64,000 nucleotides of DNA, from the NCBI GenBank assembly GCA_008632985.1, contig QPGO01000208.1, forward strand, positions 1-64,000, in the 5' to 3' direction. The position numbers were made by a program, and so were the translations under genes. Source of the DNA: Psammoneis japonica. Taxonomy: Eukaryota. The notes beneath the pieces are model-generated. The model searched no databases, was not told the origin of the DNA, and saw only the letters and a program-made list of their open reading frames with translations. Positions 37,473 through 49,450 of the stretch are shown one piece after another; the first letter of the stretch is position 1, and each line of letters starts with the position of its first letter.

Positions 37473-38683
37473 TAAAGTGCAAGGTCTTGCCGAGATTCCA
37501 GCGAAGCAGCCTCGCTGATTCCGGATATTGATGTTCCGTCTAAGGAGATTTCGTCCTGCGAGGCAGAGAGACGTTCCGTGGTGGACGTTGGGTCCGAGTA
37601 CAAATCGCTCTCTTGTTTTGTTCCCACTGCCTTGCTCTTACTATACTCAGAAGCGTCGTATTGATGACTTGGCAGGTCTGATGACTGAATCATAACTTGG
37701 ATGCACCGTGCCCAATCCAGAAGCGCTCGCCTAGTCCTCAACGAGTCGTCATCGCCCTCTCGAGTTGCTTGTACGTCTCCTACATGAAAGACATCGTCGG
37801 CGCTGTCCATGTCACAATCATCGTCTTTGTTTCGAAAACAATTGTTTGAAAAGGCTTCTGATAGGCCACCCCCCTTGATGTTGTTCCTCTTTGGTGGGCA
37901 GTCTTTCGCGGCGGGAGTCCCTGCTTCAAGATAGATGGGATCCATGTCGAGTGTTCGACGGGGGCTACTAGGCGGCTTTTCTAGGATACCCGCCGTTTTA
38001 GCCGACCCTGGATGTTGGTCTGTAGGAGCACAGCGGCGATCATTGCGTCGAGACTGGCAACGGGGCTGGGAGTGTGCGTCGGGTGGACCTCCGCGAGACC
38101 GCTCCTTGCGGTACAACCGAAACACAACCAGCATGACAAGGACAATTGTCCCGCAAATGATGATGAGAGTAATGTCAAGCTTGTTCAAGTGCTTGCCGGA
38201 CGACGTGTTCCTCTTTTCTGCCTCTGACAACGGTACAACTACCACCGTGGAAATTCCGCTAAAGTCGACTTGGCTCGTTGAATCCAAGAGACGCTTGAAT
38301 CGCTTGACGGACGATAGTGTGGAGAAAGTTTCAAGAATAAACGAGTCCAACAAGGCAGTGTCTTTCTCGTCTTGAAAACTTCCGATGCAGTTAAAGTCTA
38401 CATCGACCGTTTTTGCCGAATTTGACTCCACGCTTTGGGCGCTATCGTCAATGTCCTGGACTTGCGCCTCCATGTGAACGACTGTTTGGTCTGAGGAAGA
38501 TTCTAAAAGGGTTACAGCGATCGATGATTCGATACCCTCAATGGAATTCTGAATGTTTTCCATGGTTGACGGCCCCAATGTCATTTGAAACACCGACGAC
38601 GAAACGAGCTTTCCGGCACGGACCATCGCGATGCATCCGACAAGCAGTATTCGTAAGAATTGACTGCTCTTCCACATGGGCAT
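37472..38683 (-). CDS. Hypothetical type-I membrane protein
   Basis: 403-aa ORF: signal peptide, ~150-aa luminal domain, one TM helix (ITLIIICGTIVLVMLVVF) followed by RLYRKER, disordered tail. Confidence 0.75.
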   Translation of the reverse strand: MPMWKSSQFLRILLVGCIAMVRAGKLVSSSVFQMTLGPSTMENIQNSIEGIESSIAVTLLESSSDQTVVHMEAQVQDIDDSAQSVESNSAKTVDVDFNCIGSFQDEKDTALLDSFILETFSTLSSVKRFKRLLDSTSQVDFSGISTVVVVPLSEAEKRNTSSGKHLNKLDITLIIICGTIVLVMLVVFRLYRKERSRGGPPDAHSQPRCQSRRNDRRCAPTDQHPGSAKTAGILEKPPSSPRRTLDMDPIYLEAGTPAAKDCPPKRNNIKGGGLSEAFSNNCFRNKDDDCDMDSADDVFHVGDVQATREGDDDSLRTRRALLDWARCIQVMIQSSDLPSHQYDASEYSKSKAVGTKQESDLYSDPTSTTERLSASQDEISLDGTSISGISEAASLESRQDLAL

Positions 38684-40170
38684 CGCACTTCTTTTAATGG
38701 GAAGCTACTTCTTGATGTCCTTTTTTTCGTATTGTGTCTGCTCGGTGCGTGAACAACCAAAAAGTGAAGTTTCGGTAGTGCTTCCTCGGGGCGAGGATTA
38801 AAATGTGTCCCGTGTGATTGACACCTCTTTCAGGCTACGACGTTACCGGGAATCATTTTGTATGTGCATCTTACGTGATACACAGATAAAGGCGCTTTCA
38901 TGTGCCATTCTGTGTGTAGAGAGAGCGCGCACACCTTCGCCGAGGGATTAATAATTGAGAGCGATTGGGATTATGTGCGTCCCGCGAGAGCGCCATAAAG
39001 ATCAAAACGAGTCATGCTGAAGTGCTGTAGGGCATAAGAACCCACACCTATGCTTCTGAAGATATGCCTGGACATTTCACGTCATGTGCTGCGATTAGAT
39101 TTTTGATCGACGTCTACCCTGGGAAGGTGCCTAATATTTATTGCTTTTATTCACTGTTTGGTATACACCTGGTAGAGGATTCTTGTGATTGACGAGGACG
39201 GTGTTGTTCAGCAAATCTTGCGATCTGATCCTGACGAGGGTACGGCACCTGAAACCATAACTTACGCGAAACGTGGTTTGTAACGCGGCTACCAAACTCC
39301 CTCAAGCACCAGAAACCAGATGTTACTCTGTTTTGCAACACGTACGGTACGAAAGTCACGGACGAGCAATTCGAGGTGGAAAGAACACTGAAGAAATGTC
39401 ACGAGAGTTACATCACTAAGCTTGACAGTTCACCAAATAATGAAAGTACGGCTGCAGAGAGCCACATTATACGTCAAAGAAGTATGTTCTGAATTCACAC
39501 TTGGCGTGTTTGGGTCAAACGCACTGACTGTCTGTGTTAAGGGCCGCTTTGCTTGTGGAGTACTTGTTTTTTCATTGTGTTGTGTGGCCAGTTAACCAGG
39601 ACTTCTATCTCATTGCGCCCAGAGGGCGCTTCTCTAAATCTTCAGCTGATCCCACGACGACATAGATCACACATCGACGTCGACAGTCACGTAACTTTTG
39701 TGTGCCAAGCGATACCTCAATTTTTTATGCACCTGACGCAGCAGCACCCTCTACCGCTCAGTCCAACTTTTTTCTGGGTGAACATTCTTGGTATGCGGCA
39801 TTCAACCACCCATTCCTGGACGCCTTTCCCATTAAAGGCCTCCTAGGCTGGCGCTTCCTGCAAGCCTTGGGGCTGACTACTACTCTAGTAACTAGCTCTA
39901 CTCTAGTAGATAGCTCTACTCTAGCTAGAGAGTACCGGTAGAGGATCAACAAAAAAAACTTGGAACAGGCTGCGAGCTCGCTAGCGCGAGCGCGCGAATA
40001 GCTCGAACATTGAAGTACAAACACCTATGAAGCATCACGCCAACCAGTTATCGCTTTACTAAAAGAGACAGCTTTCGATCTGGTAACAAATCTGCGTAGC
40101 TTCTACGTAGACAACGTCTCACACAATTCGTCTCCCAACACACTACACACCGCACATACTGAAAAGCACC

Positions 40171-40704
40171 ATGGCGGACGAAAGCAAGGGCAACCCCATG
40201 CGGGAAATCAAGGTTGACAAGCTCATCTTGAACTGCTGCGTCGGAGAGAGTGGTGATAGGTTGACTCGTGCCGCTCGTGTGTTGGAGCAGTTGACAGGAC
40301 AGCAGCCCGTGTACTCCAAGGCTCGGTACACACTCCGTTCCTTTGGAATTCGTAGAAATGAAAAAATCGCGGTTCACGTCACTGTGCGTGGAGAAAAGGC
40401 CTTGGAAATTCTCGAGCGTGGTCTCAAGGTGAAGGAGTACGAGCTGTTGCAGAGGAACTTTAGCGAGACGGGCAACTTTGGCTTTGGTGTTAACGAGCAC
40501 ATTGACTTGGGCATCAAGTATGATCCCACCACCGGAATTTACGGCATGGACTTCTTCGTCTGTCTGACCCGTCCCGGTGCCCGCGTTGCACGAAGGAAGA
40601 TTCGCCAGTCGCGCATCGGACACGGACACAAAATTACCAAGGAAGACTCCATCAAGTGGTTCCAAGACAAGTTTGAGGGTGTTGTTCTAGCAAAGGAAAT
40701 CTAA
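40171..40704 (+). CDS. RPL11: 60S ribosomal protein L11 (uL5)
   Basis: [67 protein letters not shown]…[11 protein letters not shown]. Confidence 0.98.
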   Translation: MADESKGNPMREIKVDKLILNCCVGESGDRLTRAARVLEQLTGQQPVYSKARYTLRSFGIRRNEKIAVHVTVRGEKALEILERGLKVKEYELLQRNFSETGNFGFGVNEHIDLGIKYDPTTGIYGMDFFVCLTRPGARVARRKIRQSRIGHGHKITKEDSIKWFQDKFEGVVLAKEI

Positions 40705-40957
40705 AGTAGTTTTTACAGAAGCAGTAGCTACTTTGATTTTGCGCGCGTGAGATTACGAGCTCGAGATAAGAGGTGATTATGACAAGAGGACTATACTTTA
40801 TGAACACGATCATCGTCATGATGAACAGATTAGAACTATATGGTTAACTGATAAACGAGTTTCCGGGACCACTCGCTTTGTACCTGCCACGCGAGATATC
40901 TACAAACCGATCCTGACCCACGCCAAACGCATCTGGTCGGTACTAAACAAAGATCCT

Positions 40958-43390
40958 CTACACCAAGCGGTCGTTCGAGAGAACCGCATTTGGATCATTG
41001 TCTGGGACCGGACACAGCTTCTCCACCTTTACAGGCTTGGCACTGCTCTTGATGGAAAGCCAACGCATAGCTCCAGAGAGGCCCTTGAACTTCTTGCGAA
41101 TCTCCTTGATTTCACGGACGCTTTCTGACAACTCGTTGCTCGAGAGAAGTTCATCGTCACGATCAAACCACTTGTTTTGCAAGGCTTGCTCAGCCGTTAA
41201 GCGTTCAAATGGATCCACCACCAAAAGTCCTCGAATAAGCTCCTTGGCATCTGGTGAAATTTCGGACCATTCGTTGTCATGGAACTCAAAAGTGCCCGTT
41301 CGAATCTGTCGAAACAGTTCCGCCTGATTATCCGAAGCAAAAGGTGGGTAGCCTGAGAGCAACACATACGCAATAACACCAATGGACCACATGTCAACTG
41401 CTTGGTCGTGAGGAACGTTCTTCAAAATCTCTGGAGCTACATAGGTTGGAGTGCCACAACGAGTTGTCAGAGATTGAGACATGTGCACCCTCTTGGCAAA
41501 CCCAAAGTCCGCCAATTTGATATCCGCGTCGTCATCGTTGCTCTATGAAACATTAAGTACAAACAATGCATGGCGAGTGAGAAGTGGAGTTGCAACTCAT
41601 ACACGTGTGACATAAGCTCGAACTATTCACCCTCCTCCCGATTTCGACACCTACCTTCAAAAGAATATTCTGCAGATCAAGAATAGATAACAAAAACAAT
41701 AATGAGCACCTCATTATTTTGGTAAAGAAATCACGGCAAAATCGCCCGTGCCATTCGACTTGCCTGGGGTTTCAGATCGCGGTGTGCCACACCGTGACTG
41801 TGGATGAATGCGATCGTCTCCAATAGCGTTTGAATGAGATCTCGAGCGTCCTTCTCGGTGTAGTTCTTACGTTCCACTACTCTATCAAAGACGTCTCCGC
41901 CTTCCATATACTCCATCACCATGTAAAAGTAATCGGGTGCTTCGTAAAAGTCAATCAACTGCACAATGTGATCGTGCTTCAGCGACTGCAAGACTGAAAC
42001 CTCATTCATGACATCCTCATCATCGTGAGGGGTGAGCCCTTCGCGCTTGATAATCTTGACCGCGTAGACCTTCTTGCTTTGACGATGGACGCATTCCCAG
42101 ACAGTGGCCATGCTACCCTTTCGAACCTTTTTCACAAGATCATATACATCCTTGAATTCCGAGCTGATTTTTAAGCTAACTCCTGCCTTAAGGCTGCTCT
42201 GTTTGTTACTCCTGGAGGGGAGGATCTTTGTGAAACTCTTTTTCGAAGCCGGTTCTTCGTCGGAGAAGAGAGCTTCAAACTTGTTGGGGCCACCGGAAAA
42301 CGTCACGGCATCTGAATCCCAGAACTGTGCATTCCTCGCCCAACTGAGAGACACAAAGACATTCAGGGATGAGACCAAATGAAAAAAAATTAATCATAGC
42401 GATATGCATGGCTGTCGGTACTTACTTTACTGCGTGGAAGGCGCCCTTGAGCTTTTGCTGTGGTGACGGGTGTTCGAAAGAAGCCAACATCTTGATGGAA
42501 CCACTCAGGTCGCGAGCGCTTAATTCCTCGCCATCAAGCTTGGTGATCCAGCCGCTCTCCAGCGCTGACTCCACTGTACACCTATAGTGGGCATTGACCG
42601 TCAAGAGTCTCGTAATGAGCCTCTTTGCTTCTACCGAAACTGTCTTCCAGTACTTTTCGTGAAAGGTAAAGTCCGCCGAGCGGATCTTCTGAAACAACTC
42701 ACGATGATGCTTGTCCTGGAAGGGTGCGTATCCTCCCAAAAGCATATAGAGGATCACCCCTACCGACCAACAGTCGACACTCTTTCCATATGGTGAACCC
42801 AAGAGAATTTCAGGGGCGACAAAGGCCGGCGTTCCGCATCGCGTTCGCAAAAGAGACCCGTCCACGGGAAGCTTCTTTGCAAAGCCAAAATCTCCCAGCT
42901 TAATCGCCGTGTCGTCCACAAGATCTCGTAGCAGCAAATTTTCTGGTTTAAGATCACGATGAACAATATCTCTTTCATGCATATACTTGATCGTCTGCAG
43001 CAGGGAAAACGCCAAGTCGCGTGCGTCTTTTTCTGTGTAAGTGGTTCGTTTCCCAAGACGATCAAAGAGGTCTCCGCCTTGTGCCAATTCTAGCACCACA
43101 TGAAAGGTGCCTGGCTGTTCAAAGAAATCCTCCAATCGTATGATTCCTTCACAATCAGTGAGCTCTTTCATGATTCGGACTTCGCGGTATACATTCCGTG
43201 TGTCTTTTTCTGGCTTCTTGAACTTGAGTCGATCCATCACCTTGACGGCATAGTCCCTTTTCGTTGCCTTGTTTGTCGTGACATAAACCGTACCATACGA
43301 GCCCGACTGGAGACGCTTCGACAATACGTACAAATCCTCAAATTTTGCCGGGTTGGCTTTGGGCTTCTCCTCCGCGACCGCCATGGTCAT
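40958..43390 (-). CDS. Ser/Thr kinase with two tandem CaMK-like domains; exons 43390-42426, 42343-41764, 41669-41655, 41542-40958
   Basis: Two full motif sets (YAVK, HRDLKP, DFGFAK, RCGTP..VAPEIL, D.WS.GVI.Y.LL.GY.PF). Splicing reconstructs [26 protein letters not shown]. Confidence 0.92.
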
Positions 43391-44899
43391 AAAGCTCGCG
43401 ACGCGACTCGCCGAGAGTGTGCTTCGTGAGTTTTGGTGTGAGTTCTGCCATGTCGTGCGCGTGTCGCGTCCCGTTCTTTCATTCCAGCATTCAAATCGCA
43501 CATCAGTCGATCGCGCGCAAAAAGAGCAGTCGCGATGACGGCACGCCAACGATCCTCCTCACTCTGTGAGCATCTCCACTGGCAGCAGCTAGCTAGAGGT
43601 TTATCTCCGACTCTTCCACCCTTCCCGATTTACCTCTGGCCAGTGCCTCGGCCCTGCACCAGGTGTTGTCCTTCTTCTTGAGCCTGTCCAACAACCCAAC
43701 TCTCTGCTGAGAGATCACGACCACGGGCCTCTGGTTCCTCGGCCAAGAACCTGCCGGCAGTGCCATCTTTGAGTGCACACAGACTGTCGCCACAAACACA
43801 TGATGTCCAAACCAAGAGCTCCCTGTGTCGGACATGTTCCATCTCCTCTGTCACACATCTCCTTGTCTCTGATGTCTGCCACAACTTTGACCCTGACAAC
43901 CCTGCTCCTGTCATCTCATGGCACACTCCTCCTCCTCTTCGACACAATGCTCACTCAACATCTTGCATCAGCAGACAGGGAGTGGGTGCTGTTCCATCAC
44001 AGCCATCACTGCCCCCCTTTCTTGTCACTGCCCAACTTGCCCACTCTTTCTGTTGCTCCACACATGACTCGTCACTTCTTCTGGTGATTTTCTTTCGAGC
44101 CCTCCATTCTGTGCTCAACCATCTCTGTGCACACTTGTTGGACCACTTCCAGACAATTGATGCACCTCTGTCAGGTCTTCTGTCATTGCAGCGCTGCTCT
44201 TCTGCCCTGTGCCTTGATCCTCTCCTCTCCTCCCTTGCTGCCCCAGCAGTTGAAACCTTTTCTCTCAGCCAAGACCCTGTCCCCACGCCTTTCATCATGC
44301 CCACTTCCAAACAAGAACAACTTCGCCATCTCTGACAGCATGGACCACCACGTGTCACTGCCACCCCCTCTCTTCCATCACCAGCCTTTTGTTGCACTCC
44401 TCCCCTGCCTGCTCCATCCCAAGTCAATGCCCTCCACAAGAGATGTGCCTTCCATGTGATGCTGTTGTGAAAACTGTGCCTCTCCTCCTGGTTTCTGCTG
44501 ACCAACCCAACTCCACCTCTTGCCCCTTCTGCCATGGCACTGCTGACCCCGCTGCAGGAACCAACCCTCTGCAGCCACTCTTTGGGACACAAGATCATCC
44601 CATCCAATGCCTTCTGCAATGGCCTTTCTTTGTGGCGATGCTCCAGATGACAAAATCAGCCCTCACTTTGGCCTCTGTGTTGAATCCTCCACAGTCCACC
44701 ATGAACCTGCAAACCTCATCCCATGCTCACCCTTCAAACAACCTGCCAATGCAGGTGTCAACTTCCCCCCTGACTCCTCCACTGCCTCTTCCCTGGGATG
44801 CAACCATCTTGCAATTGATGTGGGAAGAACTTGCCTGCTGGTGGGACCAGGACTTTGTAAAAGTGCTGCTGACTAGTCCACAACTGTCACTGCAGCAGA

Positions 44900-45375
44900 A
44901 CAAAACATGAAGAATCATTCAGTTTGTCACCAGAACTGGGGAAGCCACAGAGAGTGCAACAATGCGAAATGAAGATCAAAAAAATCAAGACTCATCACTC
45001 GACTGCACCACACGGCAACACCTGGTGCAGCAAGAACATGAAATTGTGTGAGAACCATTTTGTTGCCATGTGAACATGAGCACCATGGCAGAGAGTGTCA
45101 TGATGCAAAGTCAAGATCCTGCATGCGTGCATGGATTTTCCCCCATCTGGATGAGCACTCAGCACTCGACCACTTCGTGCGGCAGTGCCTGGTGCAGCAA
45201 GAATGTGAAACATGAAGATCCATTCTGTTTGTCACGAGAACCAGAGGGCTGTGGTAGAGAGTGTAATGATGCAGAGTCAAAAGATCCTGCATGCGTGCAC
45301 GGATTGTGTCTTTGTCTGGATTGGCACTCGGCACTCGACCATTGTGCGGCAGTGCCTGGCGCAGCAAGAACATTT
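44900..45375 (+). repeat. Diverged ~170-bp tandem repeat, ~3 partial copies
   Basis: CACTCGAC…GGCA..CCTGG.GCAGCAAGAA at ~44996, 45163 and 45332; AAGATCCTGCATGCGTGCA twice. Confidence 0.8.
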
Positions 45376-45429
45376 GTTCTTGCACTTTTATTCAATGAGC
45401 CACACAACAAATTACTCTGTCTAACGTGT

Positions 45430-45960
45430 TGGTTTTCAGTGAACCGATGCGAGCAGACGGATCCAGATTTGAACGCGTTGACATCGCGTCCAATCGCAGC
45501 AACTCCAACCACACTTCCGTCTCCCGACAAGGCTGCGGTGCGTCCAAGTTGATCGAACTGAGCCTCGCCGTTGATGCACTCACCCATTGGAATCCACTTC
45601 ATTGCGTCAGCATTGAACTGAAACATTCCAACTTGACCTGCCCGAGCAATTCCATTGACATCGTGGAAGTGACTTCCAACAGCAACGACGGTCCCATTTC
45701 CACTCAATGAAACCGAATTCCCAAATTCATCGCCTGGCTGTTGTGTGCGCAGAGTTTGACCTTGCTCTGTCCAAGCAGCGTTTTCGCGGTCGTAGACAAA
45801 TACGGAAACCCTCGCTCTCCTTCGTGGAGCACCCATGGCCATGACTGGACCACTGTCATCCAACGAAAGCGAAGTTCCAAACTCGTCACCTTCAACCTCC
45901 CCGATGAGTGGATCACCCATGGGAGCCCAACGACCAACACAAGGAGCGGAACATGGAATG
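45430..45960 (-). pseudogene. FG-GAP-like beta-propeller gene fragment
   Basis: MGDPLIGEVEGDEFGTSLSLDDSG.VMAMGAP; GDEFGNSVSLSGNGTVVAVGS; WIPMGECINGEAQFDQLG…LSGDGSVVGVAA. No recognisable start; lies inside block 3. Confidence 0.8.
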
Positions 45961-45969
45961 TCTCAAGCA

Positions 45970-46360
45970 GGTCGTCGGAATGATGACTCCAGCGTTGACA
46001 AGTCGTCGGAATGATGACTCCAGCGTTGACACTACGCCGTTGACGATGGACAGCGCTGATGGCTGTGCACCAGACACTCCAATGGATGGCGACAGCATTG
46101 AATTTGCAGCACACAAAGGGGCGCCAACGCCTCAGCGATTTATCGCGCGGACGTTGACAATGGATGGAGCTGATGGCTACACACCAGACACTGCAATGGA
46201 TGGCGACAGTGGTGAATTTGCTGAACGCAGGGGGGGGCTCAACAATCCCTCAGCGATTTGTTGCACCGACGTTGACGATGGATGGAGCTGATGGCTGCCA
46301 GGGCCCTGCACACCGGATGCTGCAATGGATGGCGACAGCAGTGAATTTGTCAAACGCAAG
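45970..46360 (+). repeat. ~116-bp tandem repeat x3 preceded by a 30-bp duplication
   Basis: GTTGACRATGGA…GCTGATGGCT…CAATGGATGGCGACAG…TGAATTTG at ~46039, 46153 and 46271; GTCGTCGGAATGATGACTCCAGCGTTGACA twice. Confidence 0.85.
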
Positions 46361-46809
46361 GGAGGGGGGGGGGGGGCAACACGTCATCCATTTGTTGCAC
46401 CGACGGCTCCAAATTCACTCCTTGGCATCCTCGCGCCTGCAGCAGCACACGACACCACAACTGCTTCGCAGGGCAAGCCAGCCGTGATGATTGATTCCAG
46501 CAAGAAACTGACAGGCTTTGATGCCTCAAATGTTGCCAAGAAACAAACAACCCCCCCGATTGCTGAGTCGGCCAAGACACCAACGCCCCCCATTGATGGC
46601 ATTGATGCCTCAATTGTCGACAAGCCATTTGCCGCCCCTGTTGTCACCGCAGCCAAAAAGCGCCTTCACCAGAAAGATGCAGTCACACCACAAGACGCTG
46701 AAATGTGGGAAGACTCTCAGTCACAGACTTCTGTCTGCTGACATTGACAATGCAAACGTTGGAGAAGATCGTGCGGGACAACATTCTTTGGACTAAATGG
46801 GGCAGTCTC

Positions 46810-49450
46810 TGGTCAACGTGAGATGCACCTGATGATTGGACATTGTTGCAAAGCACATTTTGCAATCCTGGCATGGCTTTCCACGAAACTCGAGGGTTGC
46901 GGGAAGTTTTTGGCTTGATTCTCATGGCGAGTGCGGACAAATTCTTCCAAATGGCGTTGTGCGCTGCCAAAGTCACCCGATCGAAACTCCATGGTTCCCA
47001 TGCATTAAAGTGCGGCAGCACCCTTTTCATCATTTCGACCATGAACCATGGTTTGAATTGCAAGCGCCTCCTTGCGCGCTTGCATTGCGGGTTCCATCTC
47101 TTCCATGTCACTGCAAACGTTGCCCATTGCAACCAACGCATCTGCAACCTTCTTGTGACCGTCACCCAACTCGGTTCTTTGAATGCGGAGACATTCTTCA
47201 CAGCATTCGGCGGCCAAATCAAGTTCGCACTTCTCTCTGTGCACGTTTCTGACATTCTTGAGAGTCTCACACACTTTGATGAGATCTTCTTGGAGCTTCT
47301 GGATTCTCAGAGCATCCCAAAGCAATGAGAGCGCATCATCCATTTCTCCACACTTCGCCTGCAGGAAGCCTGTCATGTTCAGCGTGTCACCAACCTCATT
47401 GAGTCTTCGTCAAGTCACAATTTCCGAATGTTCAAAGCCTCCTCAAAGCATTGTGAAGCCCGCTCTGGCTCATCTTGAATGTGCAGCGTGAATCCCACAC
47501 TGTGCAAAGCAGCTGCAACATCCTCAAGCACCTCAGCACAGCATCTCATCGCCTGATCACAATCACCCATGCCATCTGCCAAGTCACCAAGCTCATGCAA
47601 AACAACCCCCACCAGCTCATGATCTTTGCCATGCACGACCAGCTTGCAAATTTGCAGAGCTTCTTGAAAGGCAGTTTCTGCTTTCTGACTGTGCCCTGTG
47701 GCCTTGGAAAGGGCGCCAATCTTTTCATGTGTGAGCACCACCTTCTCACTGTCAGGTGATCGGGGTTGATGGATTTCAAGCTTAGAAAGACTTTGTTTGA
47801 GGGAGGACAAGGCCTTCTTGTGCAGCCACAACAAACTCCACAAAACCCAAGGATGCAGTCAACAAGTTTTGACTGGTTTCCCAGTGCAATTGGCCGAATG
47901 CCATGATCGCTTCTCTGCAAGTGAATGGTCAATCGGGTGCTGCTCATGTCCAGTCTCCAACTGCAAGGCTTGTTCTTCCTCTGCCTTGCACCCACTGTCT
48001 CCAACCACAAGAAAGTCACCCAAGGCCCAGTGCACATGCTCCATGAGCACTCGAGGATGCTTCTTCCTCTTCACTTTTTCTGTCCAATCCTTTGGCAAAT
48101 TGCAGAGCTCTTTGCAGTCAGCAATGTGTTGCCTGGCAGCACATCCCTCCCCATTGTGTCGACATGTGCCTTTACGAACTCCTTGTCCTGCAACAACCCA
48201 GGTGCTTTTTCACACATTTCAGCTCGCAACATGCACAAACCAACAATTTCCATTGTGCAGTCCCTTGATGCATCAAGTGTTTTGATGTCACAGCTGTCCA
48301 ATGATGTCACACGGACGTTGACGAATTCTTGATTCCATCATCACTCTGCATCTTCAGTCAAGCCAAGCAACTCTTCTTCAAATGCCAAGAATTCACCATG
48401 CTCATGCTGCAATTCATGCATGACTTGCAAGAACAGTGTCTGCAACAAACTGTCTGTGGAGCTCTTGTTTGCAGCTTTGTCAAAGCTTTGATCATCGGCA
48501 GAGGATGCAATCACTTTCACAACCCCCAAGGCAGACAATGCTTCTGGAATGAGCATTGTGGCCTCCATTCTTTGTGAGAAGACAAGGCTTCCTTCCTGAA
48601 ACAATTTTTCTTCTTTGCTCTCAAGCAGCATTTCAAACAAAAGCTTCGCCAATGCCACGGGAATCACAGGTTGAACTTCAATTGGCAAGAACAATGAGTG
48701 GTGTTGTTGATTGCAAAATGCAGCACAAAATGTTGAAAAGCAAAACTTGATGGCCAGAGTTGGTTTTCCATTGATGGTGGGGGAAGAAGCCACACTGAGG
48801 ATTTCACACTTTGTGTCATCCATTCTCTGGCCTGCAATGCCATTGATGGCATGTGCTGCTTCACACAAGCCGTGCTGCAAAACTGGCTGAAGTTGTCCAA
48901 AAACTTTTTCTGTGATGGGCGCAACACCAAAAGCAGAGGTGAGAGCATCACACAGACATGACTTTTTCAACAGCTTCTCTGTTGCTCGTGACCCCTGCAA
49001 GCTCCAATTCATTGGAAACTTGCAAGAATGCCTTTGTCAATTTCTTGAAGGCATGTGCCATGCCATGCTCTGCCACTTGACACTTGGTGTCGTCATTTTT
49101 TGTGGCTGAAAGGTTTTCCAATCCAGTCTTCCTGTTGGGGTGCAGCTCTTTGAGCATCTCACTCACACCTGGCTCCAATTCCTGCAAGGCTTCAACTCAT
49201 TCACAACAATGGCTGCGCTCTTCTGTGTCTTCTGAACTCAATTCTTCTTCCTCATCCTCCTCAGAAATGGCAGAAGTGTGGGTGAGAAAGATTGTCTCTT
49301 GACAAACTCTTGCTCCTCTTCTTGACCATCATGGGAAGTGCTCTTGTCCTCTTCTTCACTTGTGCAGTTGCTTGACTCTCTCCCTCCCAACTGTCATCTT
49401 GTGATTCTTCATCTTCTCCATTCCCTGTCACATCATTGGTTGCTGTTGCA
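46810..49450 (-). pseudogene. Relic of a large TPR-repeat (kinesin-light-chain/nephrocystin-3-like) gene
   Basis: TPR text in several frames: GELGDGHKKVADALVAMGNV-like, LAAECCEECLRIQR, AMQARKEALAIQTMVHG, VAAALHSVGFTLH…ASQCFEEALNIRK. Upstream protein-like frames extend to ~49.4 kb; many frameshifts. Confidence 0.8.

Noticed and set aside
40048..40665. 205-aa minus-strand ORF
   Set aside because: Antisense shadow of RPL11.
43600..44900. Non-LTR retrotransposon (RNase H-like SDS/SDG text) relic
   Set aside because: Pyrimidine-rich and protein-like but too degraded to match a motif confidently; left unassigned within block 3.
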